This document shows positions 32,186 to 48,499 of a stretch of 64,000 nucleotides of DNA, piece by piece. The position numbers and the translations under genes are program-made. The notes beneath the pieces are model-generated. The model saw nothing but the letters and a program-made list of their open reading frames with translations, did no database searches and was not told the DNA's origin. How positions within the stretch are numbered: position 1 is the first letter of the stretch; each line of letters opens with the position of its first letter. The DNA comes from the human T2T-CHM13v2.0 reference genome, Homo sapiens. The DNA lies in assembly GCF_009914755.1 (NCBI RefSeq), contig NC_060929.1; one strand, written 5' to 3'.

Positions 32186-32814
32186 CATTCTCTTGCTTGA
32201 GGCTGGAGGAGGCTTGGCTGCTTTAAATAGGGAGAGGACACGTTTTTCTAGAGGCTTTAGTCAGTACTCTGTTTCTGCCCCGGGCCTCATGCCTCCATCC
32301 CATGTCACTGGTGCCTGAAAGGCATGGGTTTTTCTGAGTTCTTGGGTCAGAGGTGGTCACTCTATCTTAAGTTACTGCTTCCTCAGTTCTGATAAATCAG
32401 GCTCTCCTCCAAATCCCCATGTTTTCTTCAAAATTTTGAAAATACCTCAGGTAGGCAGCTGTTTTCCATTATCTTTTCTGTGTGGTCTTATACATTTTTT
32501 GGTAATTTGGTAATATTTGAGGAAGAAATGGAAATAAATGTCTGTGCTAAATTTACTGTGTTGAATATTTTGTCTCCTATAGTTTATATAACAATTTCCA
32601 TACAATGGACACTTTTTCGCTGGCTTTTCACTATTAAAGCTGTCTCAGTGAGAATTATATTTGAGGATCATTATTTGTTTCATATCTGTTTCTCTTAGTA
32701 AAGTGTAAACACTAAGGGCAGAAAGAGACGTCTGTCACTCAGTATCATAAATGTCTCTGGCACAAGACACGAAGTAAACAATGAGTTGAAATTATTGAGC
32801 GAGTTTTTCCTTAG

Positions 32815-32850
32815 GACGTGTTTCGAGGTCTGGAAGGGCCAATGACAAGG
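32815..32850 (+). other. Candidate 36-nt micro-exon (plus strand)
   Basis: gtttttccttAG|GACGTG...GACAAGG|GTaaga; local CpG enrichment. Confidence 0.25.
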
Positions 32851-32960
32851 GTAAGAACATTGCAAAGTTCCCGACGCATAGGCCAAATTGTTTTCCAGGA
32901 CAGTTTTTTACACAGTTTTCCAAGGTTTTCTTTCTTCATGCTAAAAGAGATCAAAACTAT

Positions 32961-33060
32961 GGGAGGCCCAGGTTGCAGTGAGCCGAGAATGCACCAGTGC
33001 ACTCCAGCCTGGGCGACAGAGTGAGACTCCGTCTCAAAAAAGAAGAAGAAGAAGAAAAAA
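32961..33060 (+). mobile_element. 5'-truncated Alu (3' ~75 nt plus A/GAA tail)
   Basis: Right-arm end; TSD aaaagagatcaaaact/aaaagaggtcagaact. Confidence 0.9.
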
Positions 33061-34042
33061 GAGGTCAGAACTGAACACCAACTCGTTTTAGTGCCTAGTT
33101 CCTTTCTCAAAAACTTGGCACACTTAAGTTCCTCCGCCCCTCTCCTGGGACAAGAATTTTAAGCTCCTAGCTACTGACATACTGAGTTGACAAGATCAGA
33201 GAGACAGCTATTTATTTGGAATAAAAGAAAGGTCAAGGCTTCTCAGATGTTTCACTGTGTTATCATTTAACCTTAGTTCTCATCTTGCATTTTTAAAACC
33301 TTTTTCAAATGTATGGACAGAATTGACTTGGAGAGAGTCCTCTCATTTAGGCAAAAAAATACATCTGGTTAGAAACCCAGTGGTCTTTGTTGTTTCTCTT
33401 ACAACAATTAGGCTGATAATCCAATGTGAGAGAATTCAAAATTGTAAAGTCCATGACCTTATAAGAAAATTAGGAGTGCAGTCTGGGGTTCTGAGAGATT
33501 GAACTTTTGAAATTTCTTCCAAATGTATTTATTTTCACTGAAATAAAACAATATGCCACAGACACTGAAGAAAGCCCTCACCCATGACACTGTATATATC
33601 TGTTTAATAATAATGGAGACCGTGTTTGCTGTGTGTTTACTACATTTTGCTTCATACAAAATGTTCAAAACTCTTTTATTTCCCCTGGTACAAAGAAATG
33701 CTCGTAGATTGGAGTTTTATCAATAACATGTTCACTATGAATCAGTTTTTCAGTTTCTTTTCTTCATTCTAGTGTTTCATGCATCTCAGAATTGATCTCC
33801 CAGGGGTTTCGTTCTCATTCTTGCTCCTGCCCATAATATTGTTGAAGTTTCCCACTGGAGAAGTCAGAACGTGGCCAAAGGTGGATAAATGATGTGGAGT
33901 TGTGTCCAAACTAGAGCGTGGGTTAAGGTCTGACCTCAGCATCACAGGCTGGGAAACGTGATGTGTTGTCACACTGAGAAGGTCCAGTCCATCAGGTCAT
34001 GCTCTTACAAACCAAGCCCCGGATGGGCATATAAAGCCAGCA

Positions 34043-34103
34043 GATCCTCCCACCTCGGACTCCTAAAGTGCTGGGATTACAGGCATGAGACACAGTGCCC
34101 AGC
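34043..34103 (-). mobile_element. Alu 5' fragment
   Basis: gatcctcccacctcggactcctaaagtgctgggattacaggcatgag. Confidence 0.85.
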
Positions 34104-34104
34104 T

Positions 34105-37150
<3,046 letters not shown>

Positions 37151-38059
37151 TAACTCTCCAAATTACTCAGTTTGTTTTTATCAAAACAATGTTTTTATGG
37201 TTTTTGGCATGTTTAACCAATGATTGGTCTCAGTGATTTGCTAATTAATACATGTGATTGAAATATCTGAGTTTAAATTTTGCTTTAATAGACAGGTGCA
37301 TGATCATATTTGCAATATTTTTATTTCTAAATCTTCTCTTCACATTTTATTTTGTAAAACAACTTCGACATCTAAATGTTAAGTTAAAAAAAAACAGCTT
37401 GAGCATCTACGTTTGGATACCTGCTACTTATTAAATCCTGTATTTTTACTGTTCACTTCAGTATGGCAAGCAAACACTGACATGAATGTGTGCATTAAGG
37501 AAAAGAGCACTAAATATCCATACCACTACTCATATTACATGGATTTTGAAAACTACAATCCAAAACTAATATGCAACTTTGCATAAAGCATTTCTTATAT
37601 ATTTGACCACTGAATTTTTATTATATCACGAAGACACATGTATAGATGACATAGGAAGTGGGATTTGGGAAGCTAACTTATTTGCCAACAGATGTTTAAT
37701 TCAATATGGTTTATATAAATTCATAATGAGTAGTGGGGACAATTCCACAAGCACTTCTTTGCTAATCATCTGTCACAATAACATGGAAGACTGAAGGCAG
37801 CACACTAATGTAGGCAGCCTGCTGTTAAATTTCAGACTGACGTGGATGGTGTGCCATCAATTGTGAATCCCCTGAGGGTCTTCCTTCTTCCTAGCAGTGA
37901 CCTCTAGTCATGTGCTTGAGCTCAAGACTGCTGGGCACCCTGTGGTCAGAGCACCTGCCCACAAAGAGAATGAATTTGTCTTAGGGTGACTACCTTCTTG
38001 ACATATTGGAGTGCATTAATATTACATTAGAATCTGAGGCTTGGACAGATCTCTGATCC

Positions 38060-38132
38060 CTCCATTTTCTCTCTCTATCTCTCTCTTCCCCCCTCCATGT
38101 CCCTGTCTCGTTCTCTGTTTTCCTGCATTCAT

Positions 38133-38168
<36 letters not shown>

Positions 38169-38335
38169 CATCTCCCTCTCTCTTTCTCTGTTTTCCTCCA
38201 TTCATTCATTCCTCTCTCTCTCCCCTCCCACCATCTCCCTATCTCTTTCTCTGTTTTCCTCCATTCATTCTGTCTCTCTCTCTCTCTCCTCTCCCTCCAT
38301 CTCCCTATCTCTTTCTCTGTTTTCTACACTCTTTT
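38060..38335. repeat. CT-rich polypyrimidine repeat with ~60-65 bp higher-order units
   Basis: ccatctccct(a/c)tctctttctctgtttt occurs three times. Confidence 0.85.
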
Positions 38336-38669
38336 TCAAATGCTCTACTTTCATAATGACAGCACTCCTTTATCTGAATGTCCCATTCTTTCTCAGGATC
38401 TTGCAGAGATACTTTTCATTCAATCACATGAAGGAAAGCTTCTACGAACTTTCATGGTTCTCCATGTTTGCCATTATTGGTTATTTGTCTATTTGTTTTG
38501 GAAAATTTTAACTACATTAAAAGCTTGTGTCTCTTTGGTAACAAATTTCCAGCAGTCATCGCAGTTCCTGACATAGTGTATACATCTAATACAGTTTGAT
38601 TGAATAGATCTATGAGTCACTGAATGAATGAGATGATTTGCAATTTTGCTAAAGTAAAAATTTTCTCCA

Positions 38670-38848
38670 CGGGGCCACTGGTGCAAGTCTCAGAGTCTGA
38701 AGGCCAGGGAACCTGGAGTTCTGATGTCCAAGGGAAGAAGAGAAAAGTGACCCAGCTCTGAGGGGTAGGGGCAGAGAGGGGGAGAGAGAGAGAGAAAGTA
38801 TGTGTGAGAGAGAAGGGGAGCAAGGGAGAGAGAGAGAAGGGGGCAAAG

Positions 38849-38891
<43 letters not shown>

Positions 38892-39108
38892 TTATATTTT
38901 CTCTGCCTTTTTGTTCTATCCAAGTCCTCAGCCAACTGGATGGTTTCCCCCTACATTGGGTAAAGGTGGTTCTTCTTTAACTTAGTCCATTGATTCAGGA
39001 GTCAGTCTTACAAAAACATCCTCATAGACACACCCAGAAATAATGCTTTACCAGCTATCTAGGTATCCCTTAATCCAGTCAAGTTGACACCCAAAATCTA
39101 CCATTACA
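38670..39108 (-). mobile_element. MLT2 (ERVL) LTR with expanded (GA)n
   Basis: cctcatagacacacccagaaataatgctttaccagct...caagttgacacccaaaat motif; GA repeat at 38770-38888. Confidence 0.8.
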
Positions 39109-39436
39109 CCACATGACCCATTTTTGTATTTTAAACAATTTGGTAGATCTCTGTTGCCTACCAGTGATGAAGACAACTTCAGTCCAGCCGACAAAAACAC
39201 TGTTTGTCTCTCTGCTACTCCTATCACTTGTCAGCAGCCACCTATTCCCCAACCACGGAGAGCCTTATGTCCCTCCCTGAGCACAGGGGCACCTCACGTC
39301 GACTTGCCTTGACCTATGCGCATTTTTTCCTCTTGTTTATAACCAACTTTCTCTTCCAGTCATCTGGAAAATGCCAGGCTAACCTTTAAGATTTATTTAA
39401 TTGTGACCTCAGAGGCCAAAGAATGAGCTCTCTATA

Positions 39437-39514
39437 TTAGATTGAACCTTATGAAATGGATACTATCCAACCATTTAGACCTTCATAAAGGCAATTTCAT
39501 TTGACTCAACTTAT
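39437..39514. mobile_element. MADE2 mariner MITE
   Basis: ttagattgaaccttatgaaat...atttcatttgactcaactta inverted termini, ~80 bp, TA flanks. Confidence 0.75.
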
Positions 39515-40818
39515 TACATAACTCCATTAACGTGTCACATTGAATTGCAACCAACTGTTCACACATCCATCTCCTCCACATGCCTGGCAAAGAACCAGGA
39601 CATGGTGGGCACTTGTGTTTCGAAGAAACAAATACATACCCCAGGTGCCTCTTCTTTCTCTTTTCTAACTCCTCTTTCTTTTCTCTTGTTATTTATTTAT
39701 TTTTCCACAGAAGAACCTGGGGCAGTATTGGATACTGTTAGGACTGGGAGAGGACAGTATCAGGGATAAAGATCCTGTGTTCTCGCTCTGAAGCCCTGGT
39801 GGAAGCTGTCACTCATCAGGAGCCTGCTGGAGCCATCTCTCAGCTTTGCAGAGTGCAGGGATGTCACTTTTGATGTGTGAGTGTTGACAAGGCTATGCCT
39901 GTTTCTTCCTTTGTATACCCCCAGTTTTCAGAAGCATGCATTTTAGTAAGCAACCCTACTCTTTCTCATTCTATCTGTCTTTGGTTATCATTTAGAGTAG
40001 TTACTGATTATCACCTAGAAGTCTGAGAGAGGACCTTGAAATCATTGCTTCCTTATGCATCCACTCTATATTTTGGCATTTTACACCAAAAAAAAAAAAA
40101 TGCAAGATCTTTGGGAGTATCCCTTGTTAGCATATATCTTCAAGCTTCAATTTGAGACTCTCGATCTTGATGTTTGGTTGTTGGAAATAATACATAACTT
40201 CCATGAGTGCTCTTATAACTGGAAAAATTAGGTTCAGAGTAAAGTTCAAATAGTATCAGTGTAACAGCTACCCCAAAATTTTTCTTTTTCTTGTCTTGGC
40301 ATGCAGAAATCTGTTCTTATTTGTACCTGAGTCATGATAATTTAAAAATCAAACAAAGATAACAAATATGTACGCCATCAGGGAAGGATAGTGAGCTGAT
40401 ATGTATTAAGTTATGTCTCTATATTGCCTGCATTTAACATATCACACCTTGGGAGCCTTTATTGTTTGAACACTGTATAGGTGAAGAAATGGGATTAGTA
40501 AATTTCATGTGGTCAGGAGGCACCGTGAGCCTCTGTCAATGTTTTGCTTCCCGTATTTTTGTCCTAGGCGATGCTCTTCTATGTAGTGACAAAGGCAGAT
40601 CACCAATGAGAACGGCTCATTTCCACTTCCCAAGGTTGTTGGGCCACAATGGGTCTCCAAGGATCCACAGTGAGCAAGCCTCAGAAGTTAAATAAGGGAT
40701 AACTCTAGATGATGGGATGGAATGTCGATTTTCCTTTCTTTTTCTCATTTTCTCTTTTGTCTCATTTCCCTTTTTCTTCTTTTTTCACTTTTTCTTTCTT
40801 TTGTCTACTCCTTCTCTT

Positions 40819-41124
40819 TATTATTTATTTATTTATTTATTTTGGAGATGAAGTCTCGCCCTGTCACCCAGGCTGGAGTGCAGTGGTGCGATCTCGGCTC
40901 ACTGCAACCTTCACTTCCCAGTTCAAGCGATTTTCCTGCCTCAGCTTCCTGAGTAGCTGGGACTACAGGTGCACAACGCCACGCCCAGTTAATTTTTATA
41001 TTTTTAGTAGAGACAGAGTTTCACCCTGTTGGCCAGGATGGTCTCAATCTGTTGATCTCCTGATCCACCCGCCTCGGCCTCCCAAAGTGCTAGGATTACA
41101 GGCGTAAGCCACCGCACCCAGCCC
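40819..41124 (-). mobile_element. AluS with (TTTA)n tail
   Basis: Full Alu consensus match. Confidence 0.93.
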
Positions 41125-42708
41125 TCCTTCTTTTTATTTCTATCGTTTCTTGTGTCATTCCTGTCTTACTTTCTGCCTCACTGCCTGTCTTTTGTTATTT
41201 CTTTCCTGTTTGCTTCTTTGATCTTTTACTTTTTCTTGTATTTTTTTGAATGGTGGAGAGGTTGTGGCCCAGTCAAACTGGTTCTTCTGCTTTTGATATA
41301 TAAGCAATCTTTAACCCAATATTGAATGTACTTAGCTTTGTAGAAGGATGCAGGGCGGGGCTACAGCAGACATTGCATCTTCCTCTCCTGAGGAAGCCCA
41401 GCAGCCACCAAGGTGCAGCTCCCCATTCCCATACCCCTGCCAGAGGTGAGATACTGCGGTGATGTGTTTAAAGGTAAGTTGATGCACTCACTGGGATTCC
41501 TGGTATCTTCATGCCAATTTACATCCTCCTCAGCCCAGGTGTGGTCCCACAGAATAGGGATAAGCATAGATGCAGCTCTGCATGTTTATATGATTCAGAA
41601 TTAGTGCTAGAAGAATACAGATCCCAAGGTTATAACCCCAGGGAGGCCTATGTCAGCCTGGCCCGACACAAACTCATTACTTGCTGTTAGTTACTTATCC
41701 CTTCTTTCCCTCTCTTGATGCCTCCTTTACAATTGTCATTTATCGCAGCATTGACAGATGTTTCTAGTCTTTCGACATCATGACCATGTCTTTATTTTTT
41801 TCCATGTGACAATCATTATATATTTTTTAAAACGCCATTAGAATGATGCAGACATCTTATTCATTCAAAACATCTGTATTTTTAAATTCTGACATTTGGC
41901 CAAGGCACATCACTTCCTTGGGTCTCAGTTTATGTATCTATACATTGTATAGGTTTGATTAGATGACATCTGTGACCCCTTCCGGATCACACATCCACGT
42001 GTCTCTACTAGCAGTGCTGGGAAACATGCAGCCATTAGCCTGGAATGCTCTCCTGGCTTTATAAATCCCGTCTTAGCCAGATCACGTTGTATGCACATGA
42101 AGCTGGGTCATGCTTTCCTCAGAGATAATAGCTAGAAAGACTGGAGAGTTGACGTGGGACATGAATATTACATGATTCAGTTATGTGGATCCTACTAAAG
42201 GAAAGCATCTCTCATTGTACTAAATAAGACATGGCAGCTAAGTAATACTGCATTTTGCGGAAAGCAATGAACTTGTGCGGTATCCACATGAGAGGGCATG
42301 TTACATGCCACTGCGGAAGGGGCAAGACTTGCCCCTATCAGAAGACTGAGCATTTTAAGGGAGCAAAAGGATTCTTGCTATGCCATCAGAATTCCATTAT
42401 CGCAACTTCTTAGGACCTTGGGAAGGACTTTAAAAACCTATGAGAAGACACACAGGATTTTCAAATTCCTGCAGAGAAAACCCAGTGTATGAAGGTTATC
42501 AGCAGATGGGCTCCGTGGCCTTATGTGCAGGAGACCACATGTGTCTTAGAAACCTAGAAACCACAGTGGGCAGAGAGGGTCATCTCCAAGATGTGCGTCA
42601 AAACTATTTATTGCCGACATTGTAATATTAGCAACTAACCAGACTGCACTGAATGTTTAAATAGCTAAATCTTCTGTAAATTATCCTTAGCTTAGTGACA
42701 GTGCTTTT

Positions 42709-42808
42709 CTTTCCCTGACCAACAAAGTTAAAGTACCACCACCCTCCCCACACTGCCCGCCCTCTCTCCAGGGTTATTTTTCTCCAAAATATGTATTATC
42801 TGAAATAC
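42709..42808 (+). repeat. 100-bp direct-repeat copy of 43802-43901
   Basis: Manual ungapped alignment: 8 mismatches in 100 bp. Confidence 0.9.
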
Positions 42809-43744
42809 CCAGAACATTCCTGCTTCAGAAGAGCCTGAGTCTTGGTCAAGAGTGCCTGCAAGTAGGACAAACAGACTCAGAGAAAGACCTATTTGACAAT
42901 TTTACATGAGGCTGGCTGTGGTTATGCAATCTGGGTTTATGTAATAGGGAAAAGATGGAAAGATTACAGCTACAAAAGATTATTTTATAAAGGAGATGTA
43001 CCCATTGAGAAAAGAACGTAAAAAATGGTCTTAAATTAGAGTATGAGAGAGCTGAGGAGAATTTCAATAATTATTTAAAGCCTCTAACAATGCAGGTTGT
43101 TATAGGGACTAAGGTTTGACAGTAATGGAATCTACAGTCTTTCTCCTTGGTGATTAGGGCAGATACCAGCATGGAATTACAGGTTCAATTTACTTTTCAT
43201 GGAGTAGGAATAGATTCTGAACGTATCTTCAAGGCATGAACTCAGTGATTACATAAGCTGTGCTCAATATTCTGCACACTCATATCTCAGGATGAACACA
43301 ATTTGGATCATTTAAAATGTCTATAATGATATAAATATTGAATTATATAGAGGAAAAGTAAAGCCATCTTGAGAGATAAGTTAAATCTACATGTGGGTCC
43401 CCACAAAGGGGAAGCTCCATCAACCAGATGAGGACGGCTGCTCTCAGTGTGGTCCCACAGCAGCCGCCCCATGTGCTGTCAGAGTGGATGATGGTGGTGT
43501 GAGGAAAGAGCCAGCCGGGGCCCTGCATCTGAGCCATGGAGCCACCTGCAAAGCCCCCAAGGGCAGAGATGGTCCTGCAGCTCCCCCTAGTCAGCAGCCC
43601 AGGTAATCCGGCCAAGGCAGGACAATTGACATGGTGCAGGTGAGTGATGGCTGTGAGGTGAGAGTGGGTGGGGAAGGCGACAGGTCAGCCAGGGAGTTCT
43701 GACTGTGTCATAGCAAGACAGAGTATTCTTGGCCAGAGTATTCT

Positions 43745-44040
43745 TCATGACTCCCACATACCTCCTTCAGAGCTTTACTCAAACATGGCCTTCCCAGGAG
43801 ACTTTCCCTGACCAACAGAGTTAAAGTACCACAACCCTCCCCACACTACCTGCCATCTCTCCAGGGTTATTTCTCTCCAAAATATGTATTACCTAAAATA
43901 CTGTATGTTTCACTGATATATTTTATTTATCATCTGTTTCTTCGATCCAAGAACTATGTCTATTTAATTCACAGAGATATCCCAGTGGCTAGAATGGCAT
44001 CTGACATACCATAATAAATATGGATTGATTGAATGAGTAA
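43745..44040 (+). mobile_element. L2 3' end
   Basis: actttccctgacc...atatcccagtggctagaatggcatctgacata...aataaatatggattgattgaatgag. Confidence 0.7.
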
Positions 44041-44669
44041 TAAGACAGCAATTACAAGTATTTTAAATATCCAAATTGAATCAACAAGCACAACCTCCCA
44101 TTAAGAAGGATCAAATTTGGGTCAACACATAAAAAAGCTTAGATAATTGACAATAAAACCAAAAGCGTTAAAGTTTTTCCAGATTAAAGCATTGGATTTA
44201 CCGGCGTGTGTGTGTTTGCATTTGTATGCCTGATTTTCATTTAGAAACTGTAGATAATTCTTAAACAGCAAGGAATTAATAGAGAAAACTAAATTTCTAC
44301 AATCAGTGGCTTCTCAGGCTTCTCTAATTAGAAAGGTACAAATTATCTTGACAATCAATTATACTTTGAGAATATAAAGGTAACCATTGATTTAAAAATG
44401 TTAGGATAAACTATTTTGCAAAATTAGAATGTATCTAGTAGTTTCCTTTAAAGGAAGAAACCTCTGCATATCCCAAATCTTATGGAATTTGCCTTCTAAA
44501 AAAATAAAAATCATGGCTGTGAAAGGTATGTTATAAATTCCCTTAGAAAAAAATTGTCTGATAAAACTTTTTGTCTTTCTGAAAATGCAACTAAGAACAG
44601 TATCAATTAAGACATTTATTATTGTGAACCTCAAATATTTATTTATTCCTTTAGCTTACTACCCTCAAG

Positions 44670-45110
44670 CTTGCCATTCATTTATTCATTCATTTAGTTA
44701 CTCAGCCAGCAGATATTAGATATTAGTCAGTAGACATTTAGTGAGGGCTTATTATATGCAAGACAAGGCAGTATATATTATAGAGGATAAATATAACAGT
44801 CTTTGAGAAGTTTATCTTGCGCAAGGGAAACAAGCTACATTAACACCTCCTCGTCAGTCCCACAATTCCAAACACACTATTCTGTCAGGCAGCGTGGAAG
44901 GAGCTGGCCCTAAGTGATAAGAGGGGTGTGCACGGGGAGTGGTGAGCAGCGTGGAGAAGCTGGCATGAGAGAGTGCCAGATGCAGCAATGGGGACAGGTT
45001 GGCCACATGGCAGTGGGTACTAAGTGCCAGTTGAGAGTTTGGATTTGATTCATGAAACGTACCAACATCTTGGCATGCATATAATGTGTCAGAAAGATAA
45101 CTGGGTTATC
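44670..45110 (-). mobile_element. L2 fragment
   Basis: cattcatttattcattcattt tail; gagagtttggatttgattc. Confidence 0.55.
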
Positions 45111-48100
45111 CAGCCTAGATGCATCTGAAAATTTGGGTTGCTTTAAGATGCAATATGTAAGTCCATAGTTCCTACCAAAAATAATGCAAACAAAAGCCTG
45201 TAAAATGTTGAATTTTTGGAGTAGTAATTGGATTGGATGTTGTTTCCAATATGTCTGATTTATAAAGACAGGTAGCTACCTCAGCGGTGGCCAGAAATAG
45301 AAAATAATTAGCACAGGACACAGAGCATTTGGCCCAAACCTGTACATAAGATTGTTCAGGGTGCCCAAGCTCCATCTGAAAAAGAAGCTTTCTGAGCCAA
45401 TCTGGGACATCAGCTGGTCTGGAAGGCTCTGGGTGGGCAGCTCTGTAGCCCGGGTGCTTTAGAAACTTCAGAGCACACACACCCAACGTGCCTAACAAAT
45501 GCCATCATGTGGGCATCGCACTCTGCTCATGACTCAAGCAGAAAAGTAATTTCTGCCGCCTGTGAGAGACTGAAAGTCACAGACAATGGGCCCTTTTTCC
45601 AATCAGGTTTTCTGCTCTTTGTTTATGCTCAGCTAACTCTCCATCTGCTCTTTGGTAAAGTACACGAAGGCAAGGCCTTTCTGCTGGCTGCTCAGGAAAC
45701 ACAGGGACCTGCTGGGCTGTGACCTCCTCTGATCCCACCTCCATCAGCCCCAAGGCTCAGCCGCAAGAATGGGCTACAACCAAGGAGCATGTGGCTTTGG
45801 CCACCCACATAGGTGCCGAACAAAAAGGCCCAGATGGGGCAGCAGGGGTTGCTTGCCAGGGGGAGCTCCCTGGTCTCCCTGGCTTTGACTTAGGAGTCGG
45901 CACTGGAAGACACAGCTCAACTTGAAACGTATTTTCCCACAAGTTGCTTACTTATTCCAACCTATCCCATCTGCCTAGTCTCCAACCAAGTGGCTATGGC
46001 CTCCCTTGAGAAGAAAGTGGGGGCTGACGGGCCCTGTGAGGAGTCAACTCTCCTGCAACATATGTGCATGTGATCAGAATTTACCTCCACCATCTTCCCA
46101 ATGCATCCAGAGAGTTTTGCTCCACGGTAAGGACAAAAGATGAAACTAACTCTGTCACTTACTAAAAGAAATGATGACTTCCCTATTCTATGCAGGCCCA
46201 GAGGGCACAGGTGAACCCACCTAAATCCAGTGTGTCCTCTTAGAAACTGACCCAAGCACATGCATTTCTGAAGTGGGCTGATGGCACCATCTTCATCAGT
46301 AGAGAAGAGCAATAAGAAAATCCCAATGTGTGCAGTAGAGGAAGGACACTGATACTTTCGCTTTGAAAGGTGCCCAGAGGCCTGCAACTAGTCGGTAATT
46401 CTGACCGCAGTGTCTGGGATTGACTTTCCTTCTGCCTCTATGATAATTGATTGTCAAAAATTTCTAAATTAAGACTGAGAGAAAATCAATCATGCATTCT
46501 GCTTTGATATTCACATGTAGGCTCTATTTTTCTACCTTAAACATAATAATGTAATAACTTTTCCAAAATGTATAGTAAAAAATGTTATTTGAGTTAAGGA
46601 GTGTGTTCTTAACTCTCTTCAACACAGATTCTGATTGTCTTTATTTCTACAGCAGGAAAGGCTGCAGACACACCTTTCAAGACCTGGATGTACTAGCAGC
46701 TGACTTCTGCTCTACCTGCAGCTTTAAAAATGGGCTGTGCTGTCCACAGTGTATCCATGGCTGGCCTTGGCAGGGCTCTCCAATCACCTGAAGCCTAGCC
46801 CCATGGAGAACTAACAGAGCTCAATGGGGGGCTTCATGTTCCTAGGAGAATTAGGGAGGGGACCAGGAGTCACGGGATTTCCCACGTGCCAGACTGCAAT
46901 CCTGTTGGGTACCTACCTGCCTGCCCCTGCAGGGATGGATGCTCTTGCACCTGCGCTCCGGGAGCAGAAATGATGGGGAGCTTCTGACCCTGCTGCATCC
47001 TTGGTAAGTTGCAAGGTGGCGCAAAGATTTGGGATGTTGAACAAAAGTGGTTTTCTAAACCTTTTTCAGGTGTCTGCTGGGACCTCTGTGCTTGTCTGGA
47101 ACTCCTGAGGCACTTTCTAGACAAGCTGGGGTGTGGTGGGCAAGATCCCAAGATCCAGGTCCCTCTCCCATCTCCCACGGAGCACTGGCTGTTTATCCCC
47201 AAATGTGCAGGTGTCTGTACCAGTCTCTCTCTCTCTCCATCTTTCTTCCCTCACCTCACTTCCCCCAGTCATTCCAATCTAGACCCCTATTCTCCAAATA
47301 AGTTTTTGATTTTAATATCCTGTGAGAGGAAAAATAAACCCTGGATCCCTCAAGTAAAGTGATCAAAGCTGGCCTTTGTACTAATTACTTATTCATTGAA
47401 AAAATCATCATGTTCTATGATATTTAAGTATTAAGCACTATTTGAGGGAGAAAGAATTAGTTATTGATCCTGTCTCCCAGGTTTCCACCATCTGGGGAGA
47501 GAGATAAGATATCCAAGGAATCACCTGCCTCAGAGGAGAGGAGCCTCCAGCCCTGGAGCAGCTGGAGAGGCCCAAGTTGGCCTTTAGCCCAGGGCAGGGG
47601 TCTTATGTAAAACAGCAAGAGGGGACTTTCTGTAGCAGGGCTGTGCTCACCCTGTGTCCAGAGAGCTGGGGAATGGGTTTTGCTGAATGGAAGGAGTTAC
47701 TGGAATGAGGGTGTCATGGGGCTGAGATGAGGGTAAGGGTGGAAGGGGGGTGGCGGTGTGTGGGTTTTTCCTTCCATTGGTGCAGAAGCAACAGTATCTA
47801 AGACAGTGACCAGGGCCTTGGTGGTCCATGATTGCAAGGTCTTGGGGGACCCTGGAGGGGATTCTGGGGATGCCCAGGGTGCCGGTGGGATGGCCCAGGG
47901 CCCTCAGCCCTTTGTGCAACTGTCCCTTAGCATCCACTCCATCAGCCTTCTGGGCCACCACAACCAGAGCACCCAAACCCAGATGCCAGCAGCAGCTGCA
48001 GTGGCCCAGCTGCCTCCTGAGAACCTCCTTAGAAAGAGGAATTGGAGCATGGAGGCCCTTATGGTATAAGGGGGCTCCCGCACTGCTCTCACCCGGTAGC

Positions 48101-48499
48101 CCCAGCATCGCTGGCTCCCAGGGTGGCCCCAGGGCTGTGGCAATCGTGGGTCATCTGGGCCGTGCCTCCGTGTTCATGTGATTTTTAGGGGGTTCTGTTT
48201 CCTCCTTACTCACTAATCGGAGCTGGCTAAGGTGGAGGATTCTCATGTCCTGAAAGGTCAGGTTTTAAAACAGAGTTCAAGGGTGCTGTCTGAATGAAAC
48301 AATCTCTCTCTCTCTCTGCCTCCCCGCTTATTTTCCCCCACCCCTCCCTCCCTCTCTCCCTCCTTTCCTGCCCTCCCTCCCTTTTCCACAGTAATCTGCT
48401 CCAGGACTTGGGGCTCCATTTCAAGACTCTTCTAACCCTCTCATTGCCCTCCCTAATTTGTTCCTATATTTATTTATTCTGAAATCACTGAACATTGCT

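Noticed and set aside
38041-38576. 156-159 aa Ser/Leu-rich ORFs
   Set aside because: Translation of a (CT)n low-complexity tract
42240-42458. Minus-strand acceptor (tcttctcatAG) followed by a short ORF
   Set aside because: No clear donor and no recognisable product; too weak to call an exon
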